Source: the human T2T-CHM13v2.0 reference genome, Homo sapiens
NCBI RefSeq assembly: GCF_009914755.1
Contig: NC_060937.1
Strand: one strand, 5' to 3'
DNA length: 64,000 nucleotides
This document shows positions 1-12,837 of the stretch, in pieces (positions within the stretch are counted from its first letter, which is position 1; every line of letters starts with the position of its first letter). The position numbers and the translations under genes are program-made. The notes beneath the pieces are model-generated. The model was given only the letters and a program-made list of their open reading frames with translations. It made no database searches and was not told where the DNA came from.

Positions 1-330
1 GAACCGGAAAAGTAAATATATGAATTCAGTGAAGGTTTCGACATACCCCAATTTTGAATCTTTGCTGTGGGCAGTGGTAGAGCTTCTGCTAGTTTCCTAG
101 TTGGAGGCTCAAATGTCTCTGGGTGTTTGCCTTGTGGTCTTATTTTAGAGGCAGTAGTGGCTTCTGGATGCGGGGAAGAGCCAAGGGGAAAGTAGAAACA
201 ATTGTGCTGTAACACAAGTAGTTCTGCCTGCAAGTAATCTTAAACATATTTATCTAAGCGGTAAATTGGTGTGGGGAGGGGGAGGTATTCACTGAAGCCT
301 AGGTAAAACATTGGTTATTTTTCAAATTAG

Positions 331-612
331 TCCTTCCTTCCTTGTTTCCTTCCTTCCTTCTCTCCCCCCCTCCCCTCTTTCCCCTTCCCCCTTCCCTTCT
401 TTCCTCTTCCCTGCTTCCTTCTTTCCTTCCCCCTTCTTTCCCTCCCCCTTTCCTCCTTCCTTCCTTTCCTTCCTTCCCCTTCCCCTCTTCCCCTTCCCCC
501 CTTCCTTTCTTCCTTCCTTCCTCCCTCCCTCCCTTACTCCCTAGCTCCCTCGCTCCCTCACTCTCTCCCTCTTTCCCTGCCTCTCTCCCTTTCTCTCTCT
601 CTTTCTTTCTCC
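331..612 (+). repeat. Polypyrimidine (TTCC/CT-rich) simple repeat
   Basis: ~280 bp almost purely C/T on + strand; explains the low-complexity ORFs 299..643, 311..544 and 342..761. Confidence 0.95.
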
Positions 613-654
613 TGGATTGCCTACTGGAAAACTGGTCCTTCATAAAGGAATTGT

Positions 655-800
655 GGAAGAGTGTGGTGCCAAATGATTGCCTATCTTCTATGGCTTTGAC
701 ACTGAATAGCTATGTAACCTGGAGTCACCTAACTCCTGGCCTTCTGTTTCCTCATTTATAAAATCAAGGCTAGTGGGATACTCCAGTGCATTAAGCCTCT
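655..800 (+). mobile_element. MIR SINE fragment
   Basis: MIR core-like tagctatgtaacctgg...ttctgtttcctcatttataaaat. Confidence 0.7.
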
Positions 801-2779
801 GAAACACTTTTTGATCTGCAGGTTGCCATGTAAGTAATGGAAAAGCCCATGATTCGGCCTTTCCTTGAGAAGACATTTCTCTTCATCGCTAGGCTTCCAG
901 ATATCCTCTGCAGGGTCCTGAACATAAAACCTCACATGCTGAATGACCAGTGACTGAGCCTAGAGTGAAAAAAGGTCTTTGATACCTGATTTCCATATGC
1001 TTTCTGTAGGAACTACTTCAATTTTCCCCTTCCACCAAATGCTAACTAGAATATAAATTGCTTGGCTGAGCTAACTGTTTTGCTTCCTATCCTTCCTATT
1101 TTCTCCTCATTTCTAATAATCCTAAACACAGAGTCCTAAATATGGACAACACACTACATCAAAACACCTGGAGGGTAACAGCTTGTTATTGTGCAAATGG
1201 GGCTGTACATGGAGTTCACAAGTCTCTCTATAATACAAATTTGGCATACAATTTGAACCTGGCTGGTAAAATCAGTTCCTTCAAACCCTTTACAGTGAAA
1301 ATGGAGCACTGATGAAGTGGTAAACCTCAGCCCCCAATCACCATCACCCCACCCCTCACCCCCCTACCCCTCTCCCACTCCACCTCCTCCCCACCCCACA
1401 CACACACTCAAAGGAACATGCACATCTGAGTTGAAGGTTGGTAAACAAGCTGCAGCCAGGGAAGCATGATCTCCCTCCTTGTGCTTTTTAGCTGCTGGTT
1501 CTGCCCTACAGCTGAACTTTTGCCATATTAGTAAATATTTACTTTGAGGTCTGTAGTTGAAACATACTTGACTCCCCAAATCAGTACCAAGCTGCTTCTG
1601 AAACGTGTTTAACTTACATCTTTATACAATACCCACAGCTTCCCGAAGTTGGAGGCCCACGGCCAGAGTTAGGCAATCTGTCAGCAGTCAGAGAACCTGC
1701 AGTCTGCAACAATTCTCCCCCAGAGACAGAGCAGCAGAGTGGGCTGTTTATCCGCTCACAGCTCATGCCCTCTGCAACAAGTTAAGATCATCCACCTTTT
1801 TGGTGGAAACGTAGGGAGCTATTTTCTTCATTTTTCCTTTGTTATAAGGACATTGTACAGGAGCTGTTGTTTATGATGATAGTCCAGGTGAAGTGACATT
1901 TTCTCTTTGTAATTATATCTCAAGTTTTTACTTTTCCCTGGCCCCTTACTCTCCCTTTCCCTACTTTGCAGTGGTTGCTTGTAGTACAGATGCACTTCCT
2001 TTTTAAAGTGTTTCCCCCAGCCTACACCAGCAGAATCTTCGTCTTCTGACCCTATCACCCAGCTGGTCTCTGTGGAAAGGGTTATTACCACACCTCCCTT
2101 TATTAAGTTGAAAAGAAATTAAATATACCCATTTGGCCATAATTATTCTCTAGAGTGTTTGTAAAAACCATAAACATGAATTATAGCAAAAGTTCTTCAT
2201 GTAAGTTGAAACACTAGTATTGAACACATCTTGAAAATAATGTTTGGAACGACACTAACAACCACATTTGCTTTAAGTGACTACGGTGATTGCAAAGTCC
2301 CTGCATGGAAGTTTGTCATCAAGATTGGGAGATCTTGGCATAATATTGAACAATACCTTCCACGTCGCATTTCAAACCATTCACTGAACTACTTGTTATT
2401 ATCTTTCCTCTCTGAAAAATCCAAAGGTTTTACACAATGTTTATACCCTAATTGGGCTTAAATAAAATAAAAAGGACTAAATAGACATCTTTCTTCCCAT
2501 GTATCCCTTCTCTGGGCCTTGTGAAAGCATTCCCAAACTCTTATTCCTTATGATGCCAGCCTGCGACCTACCTTCTGGTGTCACATATTTCTAACGATGA
2601 CTCAGAAAGCTTCTATGCTATTAGTCCCTTGAAAATAATACTTATGAACTTCTTAGACGTCTCAATTGCTCTGGGCCTGCTTCCCACATGTTTTGTAAAA
2701 ATCGATCTAGAAGAATAGTTAGATTATATGCCTCCCAAGCCTATTTTTCCTATAGACAAGGAAAACAGCAGGATACAGT

Positions 2780-2890
2780 AGACGGTGCACTGAGCTGAGC
2801 CAGAGGAGTGGATTACATTCTCTGGGTTGTTGCTAAGTTCTGTGTGACTTTAGACAAGTCATCAAACTTCTCTGTTTCAATTTCATAAAA
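2780..2890 (+). mobile_element. MIR fragment
   Basis: ctgtgtgactttagacaagtcatcaaacttctctgtttc matches MIR core. Confidence 0.6.
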
Positions 2891-3118
2891 AAAGACCCCT
2901 ACACACTTCATGCACGTATATGCATGAAATTGCTTACCTCATATCTGGCATTAATAGACACTGCATGCTGATACACGGGTTAACTTGATTATTACTTATT
3001 GCATTCTATCACTAAAACATACTATTTTTCATTTACTGCAAGCCTTCTTTTTGTAATTTTATTATCTCCACTACAAAGATGTGAGCAAGATTATAAGTAT
3101 ATATCAAGATACCATCTT

Positions 3119-3462
<344 letters not shown>

Positions 3463-3989
3463 TTACGTTTTAAATCTTTAAAAAAAATTTTTGAAGCACT
3501 ATGCTTTACAGGTAGTTTTATTTGTATTTCTCAATTAAATCTATTTCCACTATTTAGATTAGTTTAATAATATTGTGGTATACACAAAGTTTTATGTAAT
3601 CACTATATACACAGATATTTAAAACTATCTTGAACCATAACCGTGTACATGTTCTGGTTAATTCATAATTGCAAATAAATATAAGTTTAGAATATTACCT
3701 TATTTTAAGGCCATTTCTCTTTGTCTTAATAGAATTTTTAAAATTAGAAGTCCCTTTTGATGAATTAAAATATATGTACATGTGTACACAAAATATATTA
3801 TTAATATATAGGTACATATGTAAAAGTGTAAAATATACCACATATAAATATAACATATAATAAATATATATACAATGAAATATTATATCTGTATTCTTTT
3901 TTGATTCAATCATCAAGGTTAAAAGGATGATTACATTTGAAAAACCAATAAAATACCTGAGAAATGATAGATTGGTTACCTAGTGTCAA

Positions 3990-4150
3990 TTATGTTTCAA
4001 ACATGCTACTAGGTGGTTGACATATGTAATTTAGTTAATCCTCACAGCAGTTTTATAATATAGTTATTATTATACCAGCTTTATAGCCATACATAACATG
4101 CTAGTCCAGAGCCTGATCTGTGACCTTCAAAATATGTGATCTTTCTACTC
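3990..4150 (-). mobile_element. MIR fragment
   Basis: ttaatcctcacagcag...ttattattatacc, reverse-complement MIR pattern. Confidence 0.55.
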
Positions 4151-5845
4151 TGGTATGCCTTTCTCATCAGAATGGGAAAATAAAGGGCCCACACACATTT
4201 AAATGTATTTCTATTCAACAAACATTTATCACTCATTTAAAATAAAAAAAATTGGAGGCATAGATGTGTTATATGATGCCTTTTCGAAGGAAAGGATTCT
4301 TTAGTCCATTACTACTTCGTAAATAGATACATACACATGGATATAACTTGTCTAAGCTGTGTGGCTAACTTAAATCTCCCAATGTATACATGTAAAATAT
4401 ATAATGTGTGTATAGCTGTGTGTATACTTGAAAGTACTGAAAAGCTTTGGATAATTTTAGGGATCACCTAGTTAGCCCTCATTTTACATGCTAGGTGACA
4501 GTAAGAAAGATGACTTATAGCTGACTCAAATTATGAAAATACTCCCATTTCTTATAATAGTACTAGATTTTAACCTCACAATTGCTCTGATATTAGAGGA
4601 TAACCTGTAAAAACAGTATATTTTTTAAACCATCTACGGTTAAGATCAAAAGCCTTGATTTTAAGAGTTACTCTAAACTTTATTTTATTTTATTCATTGT
4701 TCAAATTTACAAATATTTACAAATATTTTTAAGTAACTACTGAAGTACTAATTATTTTTTAAGTATATCACACAAACTGAAAAAATCCTACTTCATTTCC
4801 CTACACGATTCAGAAATTAATAGTGAGACTAACAGGGAATCAGCAGTGAGGCCTTTTGCTAAAAAAGCTGGACAGTTAATTCAGTAAATAAACATACATT
4901 TACACACTTGCAAGAAGAAGGTCCAAATGAGCTAATTTACTATAAAACTTGTATTCTAAAACATTTACTGCTGTACTGTGCAACTTATACATGGGACCTT
5001 TGTAAGCATTATTCCGTCCTGATGACTACTTTTTTATGTTTTAGAAAACTTTGTGTAAATAGATTGTACATTTCTCCTCTTTCCCTATATATTCCAATAG
5101 GAAAGAATAAGATAGGATGGAAGGGTCCTTTCATTTCAGAACTCAATTAGCATCACTTTAACAGGGATAAAAATAACTGTGTGAAGTCATTAGAAAACCC
5201 CAGGCCTAATTTTAGCTAACATTTTCAACTTTTCCTCCTTATCCTGAAAATAAATTTTAAAAGTCATTTTCAACTCATTTTAATTTCACATTCTTCCTTC
5301 TCACCTCTGGTAGAGGTGATAATGAGCAGCGAAATCATCAAAAGAAAGGTGGTGGGATTGAGGAGGGAAAGAAATGAAGGGCATAGAAAATTCCACGAAG
5401 TGGATCAGGAGTTGCCGAATAAAGAACAGTTAACTAAATGTGGTTTATTGATGATGCATATGCCTTACTTCCTGGAGTCCATCCCTGGGAGATTTGAAAG
5501 AAGGAAAAAATACAGGCTGTGCAAAGAATAAAGCAATCGTAAACCCTCTGAATTAGCATAGAAATTAGGTCAGGGCCAAAACAAATCTATTGAAGGAGAG
5601 AAAGAATTTTAAATTATGTTTTAGGAGACCGATCGTCTATTTCTTCAGATACCTATTTTTGATTCTCACAAATTTAAGTGTTACATATGGGAAAGTTTAA
5701 TGAAAATTTATGCTCAAGTAATGTTTTTATACCGATCAACAGATCTTTTGACTGGCTTGATAAAATCTCTTTTTATCTGACTCTGTGAGCCTAAAGTGCG
5801 ATTGTTAAAAACTGCATGACTGTTCTAATCTCAGCATGTGTGGCA

Positions 5846-5881
5846 TATATAAAGGCATTGAGTGAGTATCATAGGGTCAGT
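5846..5881 (+). promoter_or_regulatory. Candidate TATA box plus initiator core promoter
   Basis: TATAAAG at 5848-5854 and TCAGT at 5877-5881; A at 5879 lies 31 nt from the TATA T; apparently non-repeat sequence; motif evidence only. Confidence 0.3.
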
Positions 5882-6027
5882 AAAAGACTTTGTCAATGAT
5901 GTACGTAGTCAATATTTTCATGGCGAAAATATGAAACGCTATGATCACTAGCTACTTCTTTCTTGATATCTCTTTAGAAGGAGGTAGAGTTTGCTGATCT
6001 CAATTTCATTTACTGCTAACAGCCAGC

Positions 6028-6195
6028 AATATTCAGCACCTAACTTTCACCAAGTGCGTGGTGGACATTACATTGAATATTCACAAAGTCTCTGCAAGTT
6101 AATGATGACCCCATTTTACAGATGAGGAATAGAAGGCTTTTAGAGGTTAAGTAGGTTCTTGTGGTCACACAGCTTTGGAAGTGGCTAAGTTAGGA
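6028..6195 (-). mobile_element. MIR
   Basis: ccccattttacagatgaggaa...agaggttaagtag...ggtcacacagct. Confidence 0.8.
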
Positions 6196-7007
6196 GGAAC
6201 AAGGAAAATTTGAGTTAGTTTATTATAATGTTGGTGAGCCTTTTAAAAACAAATATGGGCGATATTCTAATATTAACTGAAGCAAGCACATATGTTGAAT
6301 AATGAATATGTACACATTATAAATAATGCATATAATCTGATAGTAAGAGAACCATTTCAAAAATACCAAACATCTGGAAAAAATTAAACAATTATAAACT
6401 TCCATAAAAATGTACATAAGCTATACTTCTGAAACAATGAGTGCTCTGTTTTTTCTAAATTATTTGAATTATCAAGAAAAGAATGTGGGTTTTGTAACAG
6501 AATTTTTATAAACAATTTAGAATTATATGGCAATAAAACATTTACTTGGCGAAAAGAATGTGCTTCTTGATAATGAAATTGTAAATATCCTAAAGGCCCA
6601 CCATTTCTTAATTGTAGATAATATTAAAATTTGGTCCAGTTGATATCAACTTTATTTAGAATATAATAACAGTTTTTTTGTGGATTCCTTCTCTTTATGA
6701 ATAAATATATTCTGCATTAACTAGATTTAAATGAAATATGAATAATAATTGGTTTTTAATGAAAAATTTTATTAAAGCTTATTTTAAATATTCATATGTT
6801 CTTTTAGAATTCAAAATGTCAGACAAATGTAGATAAGAATTTAGATTTTGTGCAATTTAACAGTCACGTAGACAAAGGTCAAAAAAAGCTAGAAGGGAAA
6901 AAGAGATTTGGAGATTTCCATGGGAAACAATATTTTTAATGGTATTTTTCTTTAAATAAAAAGAATTAAAACTTTTTAAGATGTGCCATAAGCATGGCAT
7001 ATATTCT

Positions 7008-7090
7008 CTTGAACGTCTAACCTCAAATGATTCTCCTGCCTCGGCCTCCCAAAGTGGCAGGATTTCAGGCATGAGCCACCACGTCTGGCC
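7008..7090 (-). mobile_element. Alu 5'-only fragment (first ~83 nt of left monomer), no A-tail
   Basis: cctcggcctcccaaagt...gagccacc...ggcc; flanked by 17-bp direct repeat ag(c/g)atggcatatattct at 6991-7007 and 7091-7107. Confidence 0.92.
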
Positions 7091-9124
7091 AGGATGGCAT
7101 ATATTCTATATAGGAGCAACTATTCTTATTCTAAATGTGGATGTACATGGTGTGCTTTCTTAAAAAAAAAAAAACACAATTACTGCCACTTTGTATTTCA
7201 ATACTTCTCCAAAAAAATCCAAATCTATTAGAGTCCTGCCAGAGCTTGTTAAACTATTCAAGAATGATTATAAAAGGTGTTTTACACATAATGTACACCA
7301 GTCATAAAGCTGAGAGACCTCAGGTATCCTTACTAGCTGTGACTGTGACTATTTAAGCATTTCTGTAGGATTTCTGGATCCAGGGTGATTCAAGATGCCA
7401 TCTCCACACAGCCATACAATATTTAAGAAAACCTCAATTAGGCTAGCCATGGATCTATCAACTCTGCATCATTGTCACAGGCTCTCTGAGGTGTTACATG
7501 CAGCCTACAATAGACCTCCTTAATATCATAATCAAAATAGCAGTGAGCTTTTCAGCAAAAAAGACAGGTTTTCACTTATCACTTAAAACCATTTATCACA
7601 AAATACTAGAAATCTTGATTCAATGTTATATTCTCCCTCCAGTAGATTTTGGCAAATGAATGCCATATTTCTCAGAAGTTATCAGACACTAAAGAAGGGT
7701 CATAACAACAGAGAAAGTGTCACGCTCTTCTTGTTATTGCTTTTCTTACAAGTCCTTTTCACATTCATAGTCCACTTTCCCTGACTTCAGTGGCACTACA
7801 CTTATTTGTTTTGTACCTTACATCTCTGTCCTATTTTTGTCTTTGCTCCTTTTATCACCTTTTAACTATAGGTTTCTCCAAAGGTCGTTTCTGTTTCTTT
7901 CTATAATCACTCACTGGGGAGTCCTTTTATTGTAATTCTAGTCATCCACTTCTATATTTAGGCCTTCCAATTGCACTCCCAATGCCTTCAAATTTTATGC
8001 ATCCTCAAATTTTCCTGTAATTAGGAAACATCATCTAGAGTTGAAAAGTCATTTTTCCCTAGGTGAAATCTCATCCCTAAGGATTTTTATTCCCTCTTCC
8101 ACAAATGGCCTGTTCCTAGTCAGACAATCTACATATGACAATGCTTCTAGCATAAAACAGAAACATCCATACTTACAAACTTTTTAGCTACTTAAAGGTA
8201 GTTTGCAAGTATATTTATTTGTACATCCAAATTATTATGAAACCAACTACTATTGCCAGCTCTTGGTGGAAGGCAGAACTGAGGTACATGGCTTTGTTCT
8301 CACCATATTAGTACATAGAGGACTGACTATTCTTGGAACATAGCAGATGTAGAAGTTTGAAAAAAGCACACAGTGGAATAGAGCACTGTTGCCTAAGAAA
8401 AGTCAACTGCCTGACTCACAAGAGGCCTCAGAGAGTGGCATTAGAGTCATGAGACATAATAACAGCTACCAGTTTTTGAGTATTCACTGGACTAATGTAT
8501 TTATGTGTATGTGTATGTATACATATGTAAATATGTGTTTGGGGCGTGTGTGTGTTGTATATAAATTCTCACAGATAGATATCATTATTTGCAATTGAAA
8601 ACTGGGGAAATTATAGCTTAAAGCATTATGTACCTTATCCAAGATCACACAGACATCATTTAAATCATATCAAGCATTACCTTAATTCAAGCACAATTAC
8701 CCTGAGGGTATTAGGCTATGCAGTCTATAGGCTGAAAGATTGAATTTGGGGAAGGAGAGAGGATGGAGAGAATATTTTAAAATCTCAGGCATTAAGTCAT
8801 ATTGACCTAGCCTGATGATAAGCCCCAAATTTCCCATGAGAGTTTGTTTACAGCCTGGTTTCCCATGGCATTGATTGGGCTCTTTTTTACTCTTAAAGTA
8901 CTGTGGTTTAAACAATAAAATATGCGGTCAACTTAAATTATTCATATTAACAAGATTGGTTCAGAAAATCAATGTGCATGAAAATATAATGAAAATGTGT
9001 TACAAAGACTTCCATATTCATGCGGCATTGTCACTGCGCTTTTTTCTGAAGATAGATCGCAGTGAGAAGCCAAAGAAGAACCAAGTGAATCAAACTGTAG
9101 AATGAATGAAATGTTTCTTCACAG

Positions 9125-9258
9125 CAGGCTGAAGCCTCGAAGTATTCAGCCAATGGAGATGGGATACCTACAGCCATTTGGCTTTGATTCCCTCCATGCT
9201 TCTTGGTGCTTCCATGCATACTTCCCCTGGGATGCTCTTCTTTTGGTTTCAAAAGCTG
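9125..9258 (+). other. Candidate spliced exon (probably lncRNA or UTR)
   Basis: Acceptor tgtttcttcacag|cag (NAGNAG); strong donor ctg|gtaagt at 9259; apparently unique sequence; no recognisable protein. Confidence 0.35.
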
Positions 9259-9597
9259 GTAAGTCTCTGCCGATCAACACATGATTTCTTTACAAACACA
9301 GAACCTAACTCAGGGTGTGGGAAGCCTGAGGTCTACCATTCTCTTTTTCAAAGAGCTCTTTTGTGCTTCTGTTCTGATTGTGTATCAAATCAGAGGAAAA
9401 TATATCTTCCCTTATTTCCAAGGTATGAGAAGGCATTTCACTGTAGCCTATGGGTATGAACCAAGGAGACAGCATGGTACTTATGAGCCCAGGCTTTGTG
9501 ATCACACGGACCTGGCTTCAAGTCCCCATTCTGCAAGTTACTTACTAGTGGTGTTACCTTGAGCATTACTTAGAATTTTTAAGAATCAATTTATAGC

Positions 9598-9722
9598 CCA
9601 ATTACCCTGATTTGATTGTTACACATTGTATGCCTGTGTAAAAACATCACATGTACTCCATAAATATATGCAACTATTATGTACTTGTAATAATTATATA
9701 CAATTTAAAAAATAAAATTAAA
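9598..9722 (+). mobile_element. L1MA 3' end
   Basis: attaccctgatttgattgttacacattgtatgcctgtg...catcacatgtactccataaatatatgcaactattatgtac followed by A-rich tail. Confidence 0.85.
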
Positions 9723-9727
9723 ATTTT

Positions 9728-9948
9728 AGAGCATTTACCATTTGCTAGACAGTATCATAACATTATATGTGTTAAGTTATCTAATTTTTATAGCAATAAT
9801 TGAGCTAGGTACTGTTATTGTCATTATTTTAATATGAGTCATAAAGCAGCTATGTAACTTGATGAGCTTTCACAGCCAATAGTAGAGGAGCTGAGATGGG
9901 AAAGAAGGCAAGTTGCCTCCAGAACTCTCAGTCAACCATTTCTCTGCA
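9728..9948 (-). mobile_element. MIR, opposite orientation, nested in the split MIR
   Basis: gagcatttaccatttgctagac...aggtactgttattgtcattatttt...gtaacttg...tcacagcc. Confidence 0.7.
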
Positions 9949-10379
9949 CTTTGTCCTGTTAAACAGGATTGGGAGTACTTACCTGCCTCAATGAATAGTG
10001 GTAGATATTTAAATAAGTAAGTGTATTTAAAATGTTTATCACAATTCTTGTTACAGAGTAAGTTTCAATAAATACTAGCTGTAATAATCTTAATTATATT
10101 CTCCCCTTTCCGTCTCCTTCCAATCATTCATTTTCATTCAAAGTAAACCATGGTTCTTTTGATTTCCTGTACACTATATAATTATTGCTATTTCTGTACC
10201 TTTGCCAGTGAATTTTTCTTCGATTAAAAATTCTTGTATTGTGTGGACAGCTTTTCCAAAACATGATTTTTCTTCACAGTCCGATGTACGTGACTTTATT
10301 CATTCCACTTTTTGGTGCCTTTATCCACATTCAGTTTGATTTCTCTGGATTTTTACTGAACTTAGAGATTTTAAAAATC

Positions 10380-10870
10380 ATCTAATTTATGTTTTATTAT
10401 GTTATAATCATTTTGCATGTCTTTACGTATTCTGTATCATTTTTGGACAGAATAGAATTTCCTCATATCAGTTTGTAATGTGGATATGAACATTTTACTT
10501 GTTCAATATTTTATATAAATATATTTTCAGTGAGGCTTATTTTATCGACATCTTTGGAAATATTTATGATAATTTAGCATGAATTACTGAATATTGAATA
10601 TATGTTTTAACTGGAATGTAAAATTTTAAGACTTTCTGGTATATGTAAAACAAATACCTCCAGAAATTTTAGTTATTTATAATAGCACTGTAACTATATG
10701 AGGGTACTCATTTCTTCAATGATATCATTATTGGATTAAAGGTATTTTATTTATTTCCAATATGATAGTTCCAAATAGCATTTATTAGATGAGAATATTA
10801 ATAATTTTTAAAAATGGGAAATTTCTTCCATGTGTTTTTGGAGGGGGATATTAATAGTTTTTCTTATTTT
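10380..10870 (-). mobile_element. Old L1 (L1ME-like) fragment
   Basis: Degenerate T-rich L1 3' pattern, e.g. gaattactgaatattgaatatatgttttaact...caaatacctccagaaa. Confidence 0.5.
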
Positions 10871-12427
10871 TTCAGGAACAATACTATAAATACACCATAA
10901 AATATGGGTGCCATTATTTTTATTCAAATATTTGATAAGTTTCTTGTGTATTTACTGTATCTTGACCTGGATTTCCCCAATTAAATAACAAGCTCTTAAT
11001 GGATAATGGTAAACACAGACCAAGCAGGTAGTCAATGTTCAATTAATAATTTTTAAATGGCTGAAAGCAGTAATCTCTTAAATTTTAGTTAATTAAATAC
11101 TATTAAAATATCCTTAACTCTAGCAGTATAAATGATAAATTTCCAGATATAGGAGACTCTGCCTGCTTAAGTAATATCTGCCAACACTATTTATTTCCTT
11201 TTAATGCTTGTAATAATGAATATAAACATAAACGTTATTTGACTATGATATGTTATATTGTTCTCTAGTGTGAGCATAATCAATTTAATTAATATTCTTT
11301 TACCAAAGGTAAAATGTAATGTGATTAACTTTGCTTATTGAAAAAATGTGAAAATGTTTTTCTCCAAATTAAATACATTAGAAACATCGTATTCTCATTT
11401 GTATTTCTGCTGAATGGACCTCCTACCATCTGGAGACTCTCAGTCCATGAGATCTGCTAATCCACTTTTTCTTCTTTCTTTGGTCAAATTGTTCCCTAAA
11501 GTTTAGCAAAATGAAAATAATGTAAAAATTCTTTGCTCCTCCAGAGAAAATGTTTTCTTTTTGTCTGCTTTGAAAAACTGCTCTTTTCATATTTTTCTCT
11601 AGCTTACAACGTGAGAGTTAGCAATAAATGAACAACTGAATGGAAATGAAGACCTCAGAGTTGTTTTCCCCATGGAGTCAATGCCTTTGGGTAACCAGTG
11701 ACTCTCTATTCTTCCTGTGGCTTATGGTATGATGGTATATTTTCATTATCTGCAAAGTACAGAAAATAATACCTTTCTCTGATGTCAGGCAGATTAAGTA
11801 AAAAGTGTTTCCGTATAGAGCTTAAAATTTCAGAAGCAAAAAAGAAAGTTCTTATTTCACTCCCAGGGTTGGAGATGAATTCACATGGTCTTCAATGCCA
11901 AAGCTTGATAAGATAAAGCTGTAATCAGCATCATAGAAGAATCCTGCAGTAATCTTTTGTAGTCCAATGTCCACCAGTCTTCACTATTGTCTCTCTCTAC
12001 CTTTTCTCATTTCTTCCTGTTACCTAGTTTGTATTTCCTTATATATAATAGGAAAAAAAATTCAAATGGTCAAAGATATTATCAATAAATCAGCCACTGG
12101 GATATTGCTGTCAATATGCAATATTTTATATGACAAAAATATTATATATCTTATTAGAGCCATTTTACATTAAGGCAAAATTTGAGACTTTTTTTAACTT
12201 GAGATGGTAGGCATTGCAGAAAGTGTGAACTCAGTGTATATTGTTTGGACTTTATGACGCGAAATGTTCTAGAATTTAAAATCAATTAAATAAAGGATAT
12301 ACAAACTATTTTTATTTATAGGAATTACAAAGCTGTATTAATCCCTAAGTTCAATAAAATTTTGCTGACAACCATCCAAATAACTAGGTACTGTTATTCT
12401 GGTTATAGATGCAAAAATCAAGGCACA

Positions 12428-12834
12428 GATCTTATATTATTTTTATTACCTTAAAGGAATACCCAAGACTGGGTAATTTATAAAGAAAAGAGGTTTATTT
12501 GGCCCATGTTTCTGCAGGCTGTACAAGAAGCATGGCACCAGTATCCGCTTCTAGTGAGGGTTTCAGGCTGCTTCCACCTATGGTGGAAGGTGAAGGGGAG
12601 CCAGTGTGTGCCGCGATCACATGGCGAGAGAAGCAGCAAGAGAAAGCGAAGAGGTGCCAAGGTCTTTGAAACAATCAGCTCTAGTGAGCAAGAGCAAGAA
12701 CTTACTCATTACCCTGATAAGTCATTCATGAGGAATCTTCCCTTGGGACCTAAACATCTCCCGTTAGGCTCCACCTCCAACATGGGGATCAATTGCAACA
12801 GGCAATTTGGGCGACAAACACCCAAACTATAGTA
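12428..12834 (-). mobile_element. MSTB-like solo LTR (ERVL-MaLR)
   Basis: aaggaatacccaagactgggtaatttataaagaaaagaggtttatttggc...ctgcaggctgtacaagaagcatggcacc...ccacctccaacatggggatc...ccaaactatagta. Confidence 0.9.
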
Positions 12835-12837
12835 CAC

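Larger units (their letters stand above)
9465..10085 (+). mobile_element. MIR split into two parts (~9465-9595 and ~9955-10085) by nested insertions
   Basis: 5' half ...gacctggcttcaagtccc...ttacttactag...ccttgagca; 3' half ...tacttacct...gtgtatttaaaatgtttatcaca...agtaagtttcaataaat. Confidence 0.7.

Noticed and set aside
299-761. Long ORFs of 114, 77 and 139 aa
   Set aside because: Translations of the CT-rich simple repeat; low complexity
2907-2928. 8-bp IR ttcatgca/tgcatgaa, and similar short IRs near 1791, 13842, 19682 and 48265
   Set aside because: Arms of about 6-11 bp, some mismatched, are expected by chance in 64 kb; too short for pre-miRNA
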